DNA of 64,000 bases from Eledone cirrhosa (GCA_964016885.1 OZ024741.1:389422001-389486000), one strand, 5' to 3'. Shown: positions 15,316 to 29,331, numbered from the stretch's first letter. Notes: generated by a model not told the origin, from the letters alone. Program-made: numbers and translations.

Positions 15316-15670
15316 ATATATATATATGTATGTATGTGTATATATATATGTGTTTGTGTATATATATATATATGTATATATATATATGTGTATGTGTATA
15401 TATATGTATGTATGTGTATATATATATGTATGTGTATATATATGTATGTGTATATATATATATATATATATAGATATATAGATATAGATATATATGTATG
15501 TATGTGTATATATATGTGTATGTGTATATATATATATGTATGTGTATATATATATATGTATGTGTATATATATATGTGTATATATATATGTGTATATATA
15601 TATGTGTATATATATATGTGTATATATATATGTGTGTATATATATATGTGTATATATATATGTGTATATA

Positions 15671-15760
<90 letters not shown>

Positions 15761-15812
15761 ATATATATATATATATTATGTGTATATATATATGTGTATA
15801 TATATATATGAG

Positions 15813-15861
<49 letters not shown>

Positions 15862-16012
15862 ATATATATATGTAAGTGTATGTGTATATATATATGTATG
15901 TGTATATATATATGTATGTGTATGTGTATATATATATGTATGTGTATGTGTATATATATATGTATGTGTATGTGTATATATATATATGTGTATGTGTATA
16001 TATATATATATG

Positions 16013-16061
<49 letters not shown>

Positions 16062-16216
16062 ATATATATATATGTATGTGTATATATATATATGTATGTG
16101 TATATATATATATGTATGTGTATATATATATATATGTATGTGTATATATGTATGTTTATATATATATATATATGTGTATATATGTATGTATATATATATA
16201 TATATAGATGTGTGTG

Positions 16217-16251
<35 letters not shown>

Positions 16252-16259
16252 GTATGTAA

Positions 16260-16290
<31 letters not shown>
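15006..16290. repeat. (TA)n/(TATG)n/(TG) compound microsatellite, ~1.3 kb
   Basis: Direct inspection. Confidence 0.98.
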
Positions 16291-16293
<3 letters not shown>

Positions 16294-17477
16294 TTACTTA
16301 ATTTTTACTCGCTAGTTTCACCCATTAGTTCTTATACATATAATCCTTATATACATAAGTCTCCTTACACATATGCCTAACGCAATATTGAGGTCAGATT
16401 TAAAGAAGGGGATTTGGCAGCAGTTTAAGAAACCTCGACTGACAAGAATGTTATCACGCCGCCGGCTCGTTTCTCATGAAACACTCCTAAGTATGTTACC
16501 TTTCTATATAATTATCAAGATTACAATATGATAAAAAGAATTATCTGCACTCTTAGTTGATGAGTTTCATAAATACTTTGCTCCTGTGTGCTCAATTATA
16601 TAAATGAATAGCCTTCTTACAAAAATAAATTGCCAGACGAAATTAAGGAAAAGTGGAAAAATAAAGGTAGCCATTACTTTTGATGGTTGTCACATGATAG
16701 AACAGTTACAAATGATTGTTGTTTGAAGATATCGGTGGTTGGGAGTATCCCTATAAGTGCCGAGTGTATATGTTGTATAACTGATGTGATAGTGTCATAT
16801 GAATAAAATGTACTGAAAATTACTGTTACTATCCTGCAGTGTTGAATCTGTGAACCACTTTCAAATCCAAATTGTAGCCATTTTGTTTCTCAATTACATC
16901 ACTAAGACTATTGAAAAAAAACATTTAGGTCACAATATTCTAATATCTAAGAATGTAGTTCTTGGGTTCTAGCGGAAATAAACCAACACATTGTTAAATA
17001 AAGACGTGAAAAAGAAAAAACAACCCGATTACCGCCTTCGCTTGTAATTTTAAGCGATGCGATTCAAACCATTGCTGCTGCTGCTACTGTTGTAGTTTGG
17101 GCGATAGATGGACATCTCTTGACAGCTCTCACTTGCAAATGCCTTCATCGTACTCCGAAGAAGAACATGTATATTTGTTTTCCAATAAAACATGTATATT
17201 TGTTTTCCATAAGCTGTTGCTCTAAAGTAACAAGTAATTTTACCTCTTAAAATCCTGTAAGGATTTTGTAGAAAATATTAAAAATTGAGTTTGTTCAAAT
17301 GTTTGTAGTATCTTTACTGTTGAACTAATCGTTCTGAAAAGTTGGTACTGGGGTCAGTGGCAGGCATGGTAATAGTAGTCTGGCTGTCTGTTGTCTGTCG
17401 GTCGGTGGGTTTGGACACGATATACACACAATAACAATCGCTCGATTGTCACTGTGTGTGTGTTGTTGTTTTTCTAT

Positions 17478-17727
17478 TTATTTACACCAGCCATCTCGTC
17501 TCACTTCTCTCGGATCGATTATTGATTCGTGATCCGAGACGTTTGATCCAGAGTGCCTCCTTGTGTGACAATAGGCCTTCCATCTTTGTTTCCGCGTCTG
17601 ATTATGTGTTTCCGGAAAGACGAGGCCCAAGTGTTGATGTGTTCCTGATCCGGACGTGTAGTGGTCAGGTGGTGTTACCCATGTAGAATTCGTTACACTT
17701 GTCACATTCGATCTTATATACGACGTA
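17478..17727 (-). mobile_element. Penelope-like element GIY-YIG endonuclease fragment
   Basis: YVVYKIECDKCNEFYMGNTT*PLHVRI ... HKEALWIKRLGSRINNR; truncated at (CA)n. Confidence 0.8.
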
Positions 17728-17770
17728 CGTGCGTATGTATGTGTGAGTGTGTGTATGTATATATATATAA

Positions 17771-17880
<110 letters not shown>

Positions 17881-17983
17881 ATATATGTGTATATATATAT
17901 GTGTATATATATATATGTACATATATATATTATATGTGTGTGTGTTTGTGCAATATTCGTAAGTCATGCCTTTATTTTGTTTT

Positions 17984-18222
17984 GTGTTACTCAAAGTAGT
18001 GTCAATCGGTGTGGTCATGTGTATTATATTCACATGTAGTTTTATGTTACTCAAAGTAGTGTCAATCGGTGTGGTCATGTGTATTATATTCACATGTAGT
18101 TTTATGTTACTCAAAGTAGTGTCAATCGGTGTGGTCATGTGTATTATATTCACATGTAGTTTTGTGTTACTCAAAGTAGTGTCAATCGGTGTGGTCATGT
18201 GTATTATATTCACATGTAGTTT
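17984..18222. repeat. 60-bp tandem repeat x4, nearly identical units
   Basis: Unit tgttactcaaagtagtgtcaatcggtgtggtcatgtgtattatattcacatgtagtttt(a/g). Confidence 0.97.
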
Positions 18223-18729
18223 TAAAGAGATGACGTTTAGTGTGGTGTCGTTCACAGTCATTTCTACACTAGATCATGAACATAATAGAATAGGTGAATG
18301 TTATTACACTATAAAATTAGGGACTATGCATATAAGCAGTACCATTGTTGGCAGAGACGTAACTAGGGAGAATAGTGGCTATGGCAAGAGGTGAAATTGC
18401 ACCCCTGCCTAGACATCATATATGAGGTATGCCAATGTGGTGTACTATGAGGTATGCATATTTTGTTGCGTAGTTGTTAACACTGTATTTTTACCTATGG
18501 GCCTAATAATCTATATAAATGGTTTAATGATCCAGCCACCAATGTCCATTTTATCCATGATAATCAAAGACGGATCATACATCATAGAGTTTCGTTTTTC
18601 ACTCTCCAACGATAGCTTATCTGACTTTAATAGAAAGTACTCTTAGTTCAAGTGGTGCTAATGACATGGTTGTTTTACCCTAGTTACGCATCTGCCTGTT
18701 GGAGAAGAAACGTTTGGTTTCTATGTCAT

Positions 18730-18850
18730 CTAGCCATGTGATGGACTAGCATCCTGTCCTGGGAGAGGTCATGTACTCTCTGTCGCTTCACGCCACGGAA
18801 ACTGGGATAAGCACCAACCAGATGAGCCTCCTGGCTCGAGACAGACTTTA
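18730..18850 (+). mobile_element. SINE 3' half
   Basis: gatggactagcatcctgtcc...gtcgcttcacgccacggaaactgggataagc...ggctcg resembles a tail widespread in metazoan SINEs. Confidence 0.55.
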
Positions 18851-19271
18851 TACTTGTTTTTAAACAATAACAGCAAGAACTGGGTTAGTAGATCTGACAA
18901 AGAAGGGTGAAAATTCATTTACAAGACAGGCTGTTTTGCCAAGTAAAATATTTATTAGATCAGTGTCTTTCAAAATAGGTTCCTTGGAAGCCCAAATTTC
19001 TGTGAAAAAATATCTTGTGGTTCCACGAGATAAAGTGTTCTTTAATAAAATATTGAATAATAATGATAAGAATGATAAATTTTCATATGAATAAATGTCC
19101 CTTTCCAAGACAATTTTTATTTCATTTTTAAAAAATTACGGTGGAGCGGACTATCCGTAAAATATATGTATGGGTTACGCGAATTTTGGAAAATTATATA
19201 AGGCTTCTGAATGATTGTATTAGATGAACAGAGGAACATGTTATATATTTTTTTTTTTAATCATTTTACAG

Positions 19272-19507
19272 AAACATCACTGAGTCCAGTTTGGATAATT
19301 GTTATTGTCGAAGCTGGTCTTTTACTGCTCTTGCTGGCCATCATCATCGAACTGGCACGCACACAGAAACGTCGTTTACCAACAAGAAAAGTGAGTTCTA
19401 CATCGGTTCACAACAACGTCACCGCTGACACAGTTGATGAAGAACAACCCATATTCCAACCGGGAAACCCAAGCTACAGAACCTATAATGCTGCCGAGAA
19501 TTCATAG
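19272..19507 (+). CDS. Terminal coding exon: transmembrane helix plus cytosolic tail of the tyrosinase-like gene
   Basis: Poly-T acceptor ..cattttacag|19272, phase 1, joins in frame to 3305. TM VWIIVIVEAGLLLLLLAIIIEL, basic stop-transfer QKRR, tail DEEQPIF..NPSYRTY. Confidence 0.8.
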
Positions 19508-19669
19508 TCGAAGAAAAAAGAAAAAGCATGATCTTTTATATTAATTGATTTGTGTATCTTTACGTATGCTAAAGTATTTTGACAATATTTTATCCAACAT
19601 TACTTTTTTGTGGGTTTTTGTTTTTACTTCCTTCGCTGTAACTCTCAATGAGGTTTCTTTGTGTGTGAG

Positions 19670-19693
19670 TGCATGTGTGTGTACGTGTGTGTT

Positions 19694-19768
<75 letters not shown>

Positions 19769-19852
19769 GTGTGTGGTGTGTGTGTGTGGTGTGTGTGTGT
19801 GGTGCGTGTGTGTGGTGTGTGGTGTGTGTGTGTGTGTGGTGTGTGGTGTGTG

Positions 19853-19880
<28 letters not shown>
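19670..19880. repeat. (GT)n microsatellite
   Basis: Direct inspection. Confidence 0.97.
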
Positions 19881-19883
<3 letters not shown>

Positions 19884-19987
19884 AAAATATCCCTACATCA
19901 ACAAAAAATATAACATCTAAGGAACATCTGTGTGATCACTAGAATTAGCATATAAATCTTACTTAAATCATATATTTGCATCTTTAA

Positions 19988-20225
19988 CCCTTTCACTAAC
20001 ATACTTTTAATGAAAAACATTGACTATAATTTCAAATCATTTTGAAAATAATTTTAAAAAAATTGAAAAGATTTAGTAATATAACTAACTTTTCCATTAT
20101 TAAGCTGGTATTTGAAATATAACTTAACAAAGTACATAGCATTAATACGGAATGTTTTAGATAAATATAAACAGCTTTATATCATAGAACCAGGGCTGGT
20201 TTCAGATGGTTTGGTCTCAAAAGGG
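19988..20225. mobile_element. piggyBac-type MITE
   Basis: TTAA|cccttt ... aaaggg|TTAA termini; relatives at 43157 and 58466. Confidence 0.75.
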
Positions 20226-21194
20226 TTAAAGGTAGTTATATTGTGGAAGAGTTTGAATAATGTACCTTATAATCAAATAATTAAAATTTTAGTAGAAATT
20301 TAAAAATATATAAATAAAATAATAAACAATTACGAACACAATATATTTTGGCTCACATTACAAAATATCTAACGAATAAAATAGAATTTCAGTGTATTTT
20401 CATTAAAATGGGAATTGTAGCAGATTTTTGTCACTTGTTCAATGCAAAGAATCAGAGACAATCGAAGTTTCCAACTCTTGAAGTATCAACATGAAATGGA
20501 CCATGTCTTACATATTTCTCATTATATAATATTTCATATTATAGGATTGTAACACCTTTCTAAGGACTTCCTATAACTGTAGAATAATTACTACAGTAAA
20601 ATCTATGACAGAAAAAAGATCACCAAAGTTATGCTAAATAGAGAAATCCTGTTACAATATCGATCATACATAGAATTGATCTTGGAATAATTTAGTTTCT
20701 AAGCAATTCTATGTTTCTACCTCAGCCCGTTTACATTCTTGTACATATACTTACTGATTAATTTGGCAAATACGGTGAAGTTTATGCTTCGTTGATGAGG
20801 CCATAATAAACCTGAAACATATCCGTAGTTCGCTCCCATGTTTGCCGAAATAATCAAATTGATCCTCTTTTAAGCTCATGGCCTAAATATTTCTAGTTAC
20901 CTTTTTATGATATGTTAACACTAATTTAACTACTGTTGTACATGCAACATACGTACGTAACTGGGTAATTTATTCTCTAAGCATGGCTAGTAATAAGTTA
21001 AACACTGAGAAATTACAAAAATACCATTTAAAATAACTGACTGTTTACTGCTATGTTTCTGAAGAAAAACAATGCGTCAGAGTATTGTCAGAAGGAATTA
21101 AAAATACATGCATAGAGCCTCTACACAATCATTTTATCTGCTAAGGACACAAATAGTCACAGACACACACACACAAGACCCCCCCCCCCTACTT

Positions 21195-21232
<38 letters not shown>

Positions 21233-21400
21233 TCTAACGACCCGTGGAAAAAAAAGCAGAAATGAAAGGAGGTAAAATATACAAGAGAAATTGTCAAATT
21301 GCTAAGAGATATGTAAAGATTACAAGTATCAATGTTTTAAAAATAAGCTGCTCGCAGATTGTTGTACATAGAAAAGACATTCATAAATAATATTGCTGGC

Positions 21401-21430
<30 letters not shown>

Positions 21431-21431
<1 letters not shown>

Positions 21432-21975
21432 GGTCAACTTTGCCTTTCATCCTTCCGGGATCGATAAAATAAAGTACCAGTTAAGTACTGGAGACCACGT
21501 TGGCCTTGCCGAAATTAGAAATCATTTTAAGGGCGGTGGATTGGCATTATCGGTAGAGTGTCGGGCAACATGCTTTGCGGCAAAGAGTTACGACCCTTTA
21601 CGTTCTGAGTTCAAATCCCGCCGAGGTTAGCTTTGCCTTTCATTCTTACGGTTTCGATGAAAATAAAGTACCAGTAACGCACTGGGGTCGATTTAATCGG
21701 CTCCCCACCCCCAGCCCCAACTCCAACCCCTAAAAAAAAGAAAAATTGTTGATCTTTTGCCTAAATCAGAAACCATTATTATAACGGTGGATTGGCAGTA
21801 TCGGTAGAGGGTCGGACGCCATGCTTTCCAGCGTAGTTACGTCCCTTTACCATCTGAGTTCAAATCCCGCCGAGGTTGACTTTGCCTTTCATCCTTACGG
21901 GGTCGATAAAATAAAGTACCAGTAATGCACTGGTAATTGCTGGCCTTGTGCCTAAAGTAGAAACAATTATTATAA
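21431..21975 (+). mobile_element. Three stacked SINE copies following (ATT)n
   Basis: Repeated ctttgcctttcat..gataaaataaagtaccag cores at ~21440, ~21635 and ~21880. Confidence 0.9.
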
Positions 21976-22554
21976 TTATTTTGCGAGTGTTTAACGTTGT
22001 ATTAAGCTGCCAGTTAGTGAAATCCGTGACCGGTTTCTATTCCTGGGTGACCGATGCCACTTTACTACATTCACACTGCTAATTAATGCCATTGGCTGAA
22101 AATAAGAACATCACCACCATCACCCCTATTAAATCTGGGCCTGCGCCTATTCAAACATAGGCTTTACTTCAATTTTTTTGTATTTACTGTTGTTCTTTGT
22201 TCTTTTATTGTTTTCCTTTTATTTTCTTTCTTTAAATTCATATTTTCGACAGCGGGGGGAGGGGGCATCACAAATACGTTACTGTAAAATCTACCACATA
22301 CAAAATCTGTAAAATCTACCACATACAAAACAGTTTCCAATAAAAAAAAATTTTCTTTTTCTAAGACATGACATGATCTTGGAGAGAAATTATAATTTCA
22401 TGCTATGAAATACAAAATTACAGGATAACATTTAACAGTGGTTTTATTTACAGTTTATATTCATCGATAGTAAAAATGATATGAGACATCGATTTCACTA
22501 TTAAGAAAATAATACACACAAATAATATAAACAAAAAAATATGATGGTTATAGA

Positions 22555-23225
22555 TCCCGAGGCATTAAATGGTATAACCCACAATATAATATGGTAGTGG
22601 CCACACCAATACAACAATAACTAAAATCTTTCTTATTTTCATTAGGAAGCATTTTCCATTAGCGCATAAATATCACAAAACTGTTAATAGAAACGCAGTT
22701 AAAATAACCTATTCCACAACCCCAACCTCACATATAATATCACTGCATCTAACTTAACGAAATTACCTAGCCGTAGTAATATAAACAACCCAGAAGTTGT
22801 AATTGTAGGAATAGGGACTACTGCCCTCGAGCCAGGAAATGCCTGTCTAGTGATATAGTTTACAAATGTAATGATGATACACCCACTACTAGTAATGCTT
22901 ACATAGAGTCAATTGCCAATAGATTTAAGCAACATCTATACATGTACTCTCATTCCTTTCGTAACCCTTTAAGAAGGAATATCCCTTCACTTTCAGTCTC
23001 TATGTGGAGTTTAAAAGACAATCACATCCCGTATAGGTTACACTGGGAGATCTTAGCTAAAGCTAGATCCTGTAATAGAAATAAAAGACCATATGATATT
23101 TGTGCCGCATAAATTGTATAAAACTTTCTTGTATTACAGCCCAACATTATATCCTAACGGATAGTACGGACACTGTGCTGATAATATACGTCATGATGTG
23201 GTAGCTAAGAACATTCTAACTTTAT
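22555..23225 (+). mobile_element. 5'-truncated Naiad-type Penelope-like element (thumb, Cys linker, GIY-YIG)
   Basis: IKWYNP..; colinear with and similar to 26620-27355. Confidence 0.85.
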
Positions 23226-23852
23226 ATATATATATGTGTGTGCGTATGTTTATATATATGTGTGTGTGTGTGTGTGTATATATATAAATAAAAATAGAGA
23301 AATTAATGTAATCCAAAAGGCAACAATAATTCAGACATATAAGTGACTATAACATCAAGAAGAAACATTTTTAACGTAAGATTTGGGATAAGTAATACAA
23401 TCTTATAATAAAAAAAAATACTTAACCGTCAATTTGGGGAAAACTACAAATGCACTATATATAGTCTTAAAAGACTATTTCACGAAACTTTTCAGTGGAG
23501 TTAGTCACGGTTGGGGTCGATCTTCAGTAGTGCTCAACACGTTAACTAAATGCCACTGCTAAAATGCCGGAGGGGAATTAAAAGCAAGCAAGCGAACAGC
23601 GTGTAGAGTTGAAATAACAAAACACACGTGGACACACGCTAGTGATGCCGGGATGAGACGAAAATCTGTTTACAAGAAACACCAGTCAAAACATTTCCGA
23701 AAAAACTCAACAAAAATATGGAGTTCAGCATAAGCAATATTATCGCAGTTTTTTTTTTTTTTTTTTTTTTAACTGGGATTAGTCACAAATATTAAGTAGC
23801 ACTCAAGGAAAGCTCCAAGTATAAATATATAAATGAAAATAGAGAAATTAAT

Positions 23853-24038
23853 AATTTCTACTTTTGGCACAAGGCCAGCAATTTACCAGTGCATTACTGG
23901 TACTTTATTTTATCGACCCCGTAAGGATGAAAGGCAAAGTAAACCTCGGCGGGATTTGAACTCAGAATGGCAAGGGCCGTAACTCTATGCGTCAAAGCAT
24001 GGCGTCCGACTCTCTACCGATACTGCCAATCCACCGCC
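23853..24038 (-). mobile_element. Full-length SINE with 19-bp TSD
   Basis: TSD tgaaaatagagaaattaat at 23834-23852 and 24039-24057. Confidence 0.93.
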
Positions 24039-24507
24039 TGAAAATAGAGAAATTAATGTAAGCAAAAAGCCAATAATAATTCAGACATATAAGTGACTAT
24101 AACATCAAGATGAAAAATGTATATATATATATATATGTATATATATTTGTATATGTGTGCATATTTTTGTAAGTAGGTATGTGGATATGTATGTGTATGT
24201 GCATGCGCATATGGAATATTTATGCGTGTGTATATATGTATATGCACGCGTGTATGTATATTATATGCGTATAGGCGCGAATATATGTATGTGTATGTAT
24301 ACATTTGTGCGAGCAATGCAAACGCACGTGCGCTTACATATGTATATGCACACATCTACATGTGTGTATGTATACACATGTACATGTGTGTATACACTAT
24401 ATCCTAGTTTACACATGCTTCCATGTCGACCAACACATACTTATGTACGAGTCTAATTCCAATAACATTACTATTAATGTTCTCATCAACATTATTTCCA
24501 GCATAAT

Positions 24508-24820
24508 TACGTTCCTTTACGATCCGAGTTCAAATCCCGCCGAGGTTGACTTTGCCTTTCATCCTTACGGGATCGATAAAATAAAGTACCAGTAATGCAC
24601 TGAGTAATTGCTGGCTTTGTGCCTAAAGTAGAAACAATTATTATTTAGAGGGTCGGACACCATGCTTTGACGCATAGAGTTACGTCCCTTGCCATTCTGA
24701 GTTCAAATCCCGCCGAGGTTAACTTTGCCTTTCATCCTTACGGGATCGATAAAATAAAGTACCAGTAATGCACTGGGTAATTGCTGGCCTTGTGCCAAAA
24801 GTAGAAACAATTATTATTAC
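24508..24820 (+). mobile_element. Two tandem 5'-truncated SINE copies
   Basis: Same SINE consensus twice. Confidence 0.9.
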
Positions 24821-25147
24821 TTTCACTATATTATTAATACCTTCAGTTTTTTTCGTTCAATCATTTTACTTTTATTCACATCATTTTCCATATATGATAG
24901 CTGGAAATCATTCGGCTATTTTAAAATGAATATTAGTCTCCTGATTTTTTTCATAGTAAAAATATGTTGTTTTTTCATAGCAAGGAGTTGTTCTTCTTGC
25001 TCCACATAATGACGTTATTATCCTTGCATACATTCGCCCATCTCTAATGAATTTCTTCACGTACCGCTGTTCTGTCTTCCTGTTTTCTTTTAGTTGTAAC
25101 ATTTTTGAAATATTTACTTCTGCGTCTACAGATTGATTTTTCTTGGT

Positions 25148-27355
25148 TTCATAAGACCCCGTTTAGGGTGAGAGCAGAAATTCTTTGCTTAAACTTTAAT
25201 CTGTACTAATAATAAATATTTACTCTACGGGTTTATATGTATTTATATATCGAGTCCTCTTCGGATTTTGGTCTTTGTATTTATGATGACTATTTGGCTC
25301 CTTCGTCAGAGCACTGTTCAGTCTTTAAACCACTATGCAGAAAAATACCTTAATATTTCTACGAAAAATATTCCTGTACCAAGTAGGAAGACATACTTAA
25401 AAATACTCATAAAAAAACAGATTCATTCCTTTAAAGGATGCGTTGGCGTGTTTTCTAGTTTGACCACCAGGATAAAGCTGATAGAAACCAGGACAAGTTT
25501 GGATTAAAGACATAAAAGCAATCCAAGCAATCCAGCTTTATTACCTTTCGAAAATGATGTACTTCAACTCATACAGCGTTTCAAGATTACTGGAAAACCG
25601 ATCGGAGTGTTATTAACATCAACAACGCTGGTTTAAAAATCACTTCGGAACTTAATATCCAGGACCGGCCAGAACCTCTGAACCCTATTTCTCCTCATTT
25701 TACTCTGAAGGATCATAGACCAAATTTCGGTAACACTCCATCCATTCGACTCATTAGTAACACTCCATCCATTCGACTCATTAGTGGGCTACGTCTGATT
25801 TAGTAAAGAAATTTTAGATAGGATTATATGAAAAACTAGAGATATGGCCCCTCTAGCCGTGTGGAATAATTCTTTCGCTACGATTGGCTGGTTCAATGGC
25901 ATATGCAACAAGGGACATTGCCGTTTTATCTAATTCGACATCAACAACTACTATTCTTCCATCATCATACAACTCCTTCTTAGAGCTATTAATTTCGCCA
26001 AAACGCTCACGGGGGTTAAGGATTTCGAAGTTGATGTCATCTTAAATGCTCGAAAGTCCGTGATAAATTTCGACAACTCTATTTGGCTTCAAATAGTACC
26101 ACCTTTGATGTGAACATGGGTGCCAGCGATTCGGCAGAGGTCACAGACCTTATTGGTCTATTTCTATTCTTTTCCATCAAAGATGAATTCTCTAACGTAG
26201 GGGGAGGTATTTACCGTGATAATGGTCTTTTGACTGTAACTAAGTGCGGACTCCGCGCTATCGATAGGTTTAGAAACGAGCTTATCGCTTTCTTTAAAGG
26301 CTTCAACCTTCCCATTCAAGTTGAAGCCAACCTATCTGTCGTGAATATCCTAAACGTAAAACTCAATATGTCAAATGGCCTGTACTACTCGTATAGAAAG
26401 CCTAATGAAAAGTTAAATTCGATTAGAAAGCATTCTATCCATCCAGCCAGCATAACCGAAAATCTGTTCATAAACGTCTCATTGAGGCTTTTTAGTTTAT
26501 CAGCTAATGACCATATCTTTACCGATCATTCCAGATATTACAATGAAGTTCTAGCTCGGGGCGGATTTGTAGATAAGGTGGAATACACTAAGTACGAGCA
26601 AAAACCTAGGAAAAATAGATCCCGGCGTATTACATGGTATAACCCACCATATAACATGGAAGTGGCCACACAAATAGCTAAAACCTTTCTTACTTTCATT
26701 AGAAAGCATTTCCAATTAGCGCATAAATATCACAAAGTTTTTAATAGAAACACAGTTAAAATATCCTATTTCACAACTCCCAACCTTGCACACATCAGTG
26801 TATCTAACTTAGTGAAATTACCTAGCCGTAGTAATATAAACAATCCTGAAGTTATTCTGGCTGTAAGTGTATCAAAAGGAACTACTGCGCTCTTGCCGGG
26901 AAATGCCTATCAAGCAATATAGTTTACAAATGTAAGGTTGACACACCCACTACTAGTAAGGCTCACATAGGGTTAACCGCCAATAGATTTAAGCAGCGTA
27001 TTTATATGCGCTCTCATTCATTTCGTAACCCTTTAAGAAGAAATATGACTTCACTTTCAGCCTATATATGAACTTCAAAAGATAATCACATCCGATATAG
27101 GTTACACTGGGAGGTCTTAGCTAAAGTTAGATCCGATAACGGAAATAAAAAAAATCGTGTGATCTTTGTGCCACCGAAGCCCTGGAAATACTTTACGCCA
27201 ACGAACGAATCTTAAAAAAATCTGAAGCAATTACAACTCGTAAGCATTAATTGTATAAAAATTTCTTCTATTAACAGCCCAACATTATATCCTAACGGAT
27301 AGTACAGACACTGTGCTGATGATATACGTGGTAGCTACGAACATTCTAACTTTAT
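25148..27355 (+). mobile_element. Near full-length decayed Naiad-type Penelope-like retroelement (RT + GIY-YIG)
   Basis: FDI..YYSSI, FDVNMGASDSAEVTDLIG, GGIYRD(N), RRITWYNPPY, CKC-x5-C-x5-C linker, IVYKC..HIGLT, CDLC; frameshifted. Confidence 0.9.
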
Positions 27356-27385
27356 ACCAAAATTTATTTATCTATATATGTTGAT

Positions 27386-27726
27386 GGGGGCACATGGCTT
27401 AGTGGTTAGAGCATTGGCCTTGCAATCGAAAGGTTGTGGGTTCAATTCTCAGACTGGGTGATGGGTTGTTTCCTTGAGCAAGACACTTTATTTCACATTG
27501 CTCCTGTTTACTCAGCTGTAGAAATGAGATGATAGGGACTGGGGTCCATATCATTCCACGGCAAAGTGGTCGTGGAGGTGCCACGGCAAAAAAAGCACCC
27601 AGCACTCACTGTAAATGAGGTTGGTGTTAGGAAGGGCATCCAGCTGTAGAAATCAAGCCAGAATCAGTTCCCGTCCCACCCTTGCAAGCAGAGAAAAAGC
27701 GGACATAAAATGGAATGATGATGATG
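27386..27726 (+). mobile_element. tRNA-CORE SINE with RTE-derived tail
   Basis: A box tggcttagtgg, B box ggttcaattc, CORE tccttgagcaagacacttt, tail ggttggtgttaggaagggcatccagc...(gat)n. Confidence 0.85.
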
Positions 27727-27758
27727 TATACCTATGTGTACATATGTGTATATGCGTG

Positions 27759-27841
<83 letters not shown>

Positions 27842-27959
27842 ACGGTGAAGCCAAAGGAAGGTGACGGAACGATCAAAAGTATCAATTCTGCTATGATGAG
27901 ATTAAAACAATGGACCACTTAATCTCTGGTTTTAGCACCAGTAGAGTACAAATATATAT

Positions 27960-28432
27960 ATGACAGAGTTGGCCAATATCTACATTGGGTAATATGTCGG
28001 CATTATAAAATCAAAACTGTTGACAAGTGGTACAATCATAACCCTGAGGCTGTAACTGAAGGAGAAAAAGTAACAATTCTTTGGGACTTTCCTGTACATA
28101 CTGACCAGACCATAAAGCTAATAGACCAGATATCATTGTAAAAGATAAACATTACAAAGTTTGTTTATTGATTGATATGAGCATCCCATGTGATCACAAT
28201 ATCGCGGCAAAAGAATTCGACAAGCTTAGAAAATATAAAGATCTGCTTATTGAAATCGAAAAAATGTGGCACCTCAAGGCTGATACAATACCAGTGATTG
28301 TGGGAGCACTGGGAATGATCAAGAAAGGGATAGAACAGTATGTGAGAATGATCCCTGGTTTACTATCTCTGCAGGACGTACAAAAATTGATTTAATTGAT
28401 AGCGCACACGTATTGAGAACACTCTCTCTGTG
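27960..28432 (+). mobile_element. R4/Dong-type LINE 3' fragment (restriction-like endonuclease)
   Basis: LHWVIC..WY.H.PE..ILWDFPVHTDQTIKANRPDIIV..LIDMSIP..KLRKYKDL..IPVIVGALG. Confidence 0.88.
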
Positions 28433-28597
28433 AGAATGATAACCCTCCATGTGTGTCTGTGTGCATGGGGATGTCAGTGTGTGTGCATGAATATATATAT
28501 ATATATGTGTGTGTTTGTGTATATATATGTATGTGTGTGTACGTATGTGTATATACGTGTATGTGTGTATATATATATGCGTATGAATATATATATA

Positions 28598-28922
28598 TGT
28601 AGCAAGAGTTGCCTCCTTGTCGCCGGTGGCGCTCTCTAGACAGAAAGTAGCTGGAGTTACTTCCCATTGAGGTGGCAGAGCCTTCTTTGTCACTTCCGCC
28701 CATGGACCCCTATATAAGAGAGAACTTTCAACTCTCTCCCTCTCTTCTAACTAGCCTGGCCCTTCGGCCAGGCGCGTTCGCCGAGGCTATACTCTCTGCC
28801 AACCTGAACATGGTAATGTAAAGACCACTTGGTCTCTTGCGAGATGACTTCAAAACGGTAATACAAATAACTTTAATTCGTTCTTTCATCTAAGCTTGGC
28901 ATGTCAACTATTCTGCTCTACA
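28598..28922 (+). mobile_element. Probable solo LTR
   Basis: TGTAG...CTACA termini, ctatataag TATA box, pyrimidine tract, GC-richer than flanks; no clear 4-5 bp TSD. Confidence 0.5.
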
Positions 28923-29022
28923 TAACTCAACCTTGTTAAATAAACATTGTACATACAACCGAGTGTCTTGTTATATTCATACAAACACAGTAAATTTTGT
29001 TATATGTATATACACACACGCC

Positions 29023-29111
<89 letters not shown>

Positions 29112-29269
29112 CAAAGAGGGTACGGTAAGATACCAGGTGGACCATAACGCACCAGAGTACTCAATATTTCGGATAGTAGAGTGGGTAATATGAAAAGATT
29201 CAGGACCCCGACGGCTGAGCTCCGGCCGTTTCGACAGCTACATCCGAGCTAAGCCACCAGACTGAATCT

Positions 29270-29277
<8 letters not shown>
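29112..29277 (-). repeat. Second copy of the fold-back module family seen at 11953, between (TA)n tracts
   Basis: Shared gctgtcgaaacggc..gagctcagccgtcggggtc..ttacccactctact; 16-bp outer inverted repeat 29188-29203/29262-29277. Confidence 0.85.

Positions 29278-29331
<54 letters not shown>

Noticed and set aside
17984-18222. CRISPR-like regular repeat
   Set aside because: Contiguous units with no spacers, no cas genes and a eukaryotic context.
23470-23530. Hammerhead on the minus strand (CTGAAGA...GAAA)
   Set aside because: No convincing stems I or II.
23290-24110. ~70-bp direct repeats as LTRs
   Set aside because: No TG..CA ends, PBS or PPT; more likely a partial tandem terminus or local duplication.
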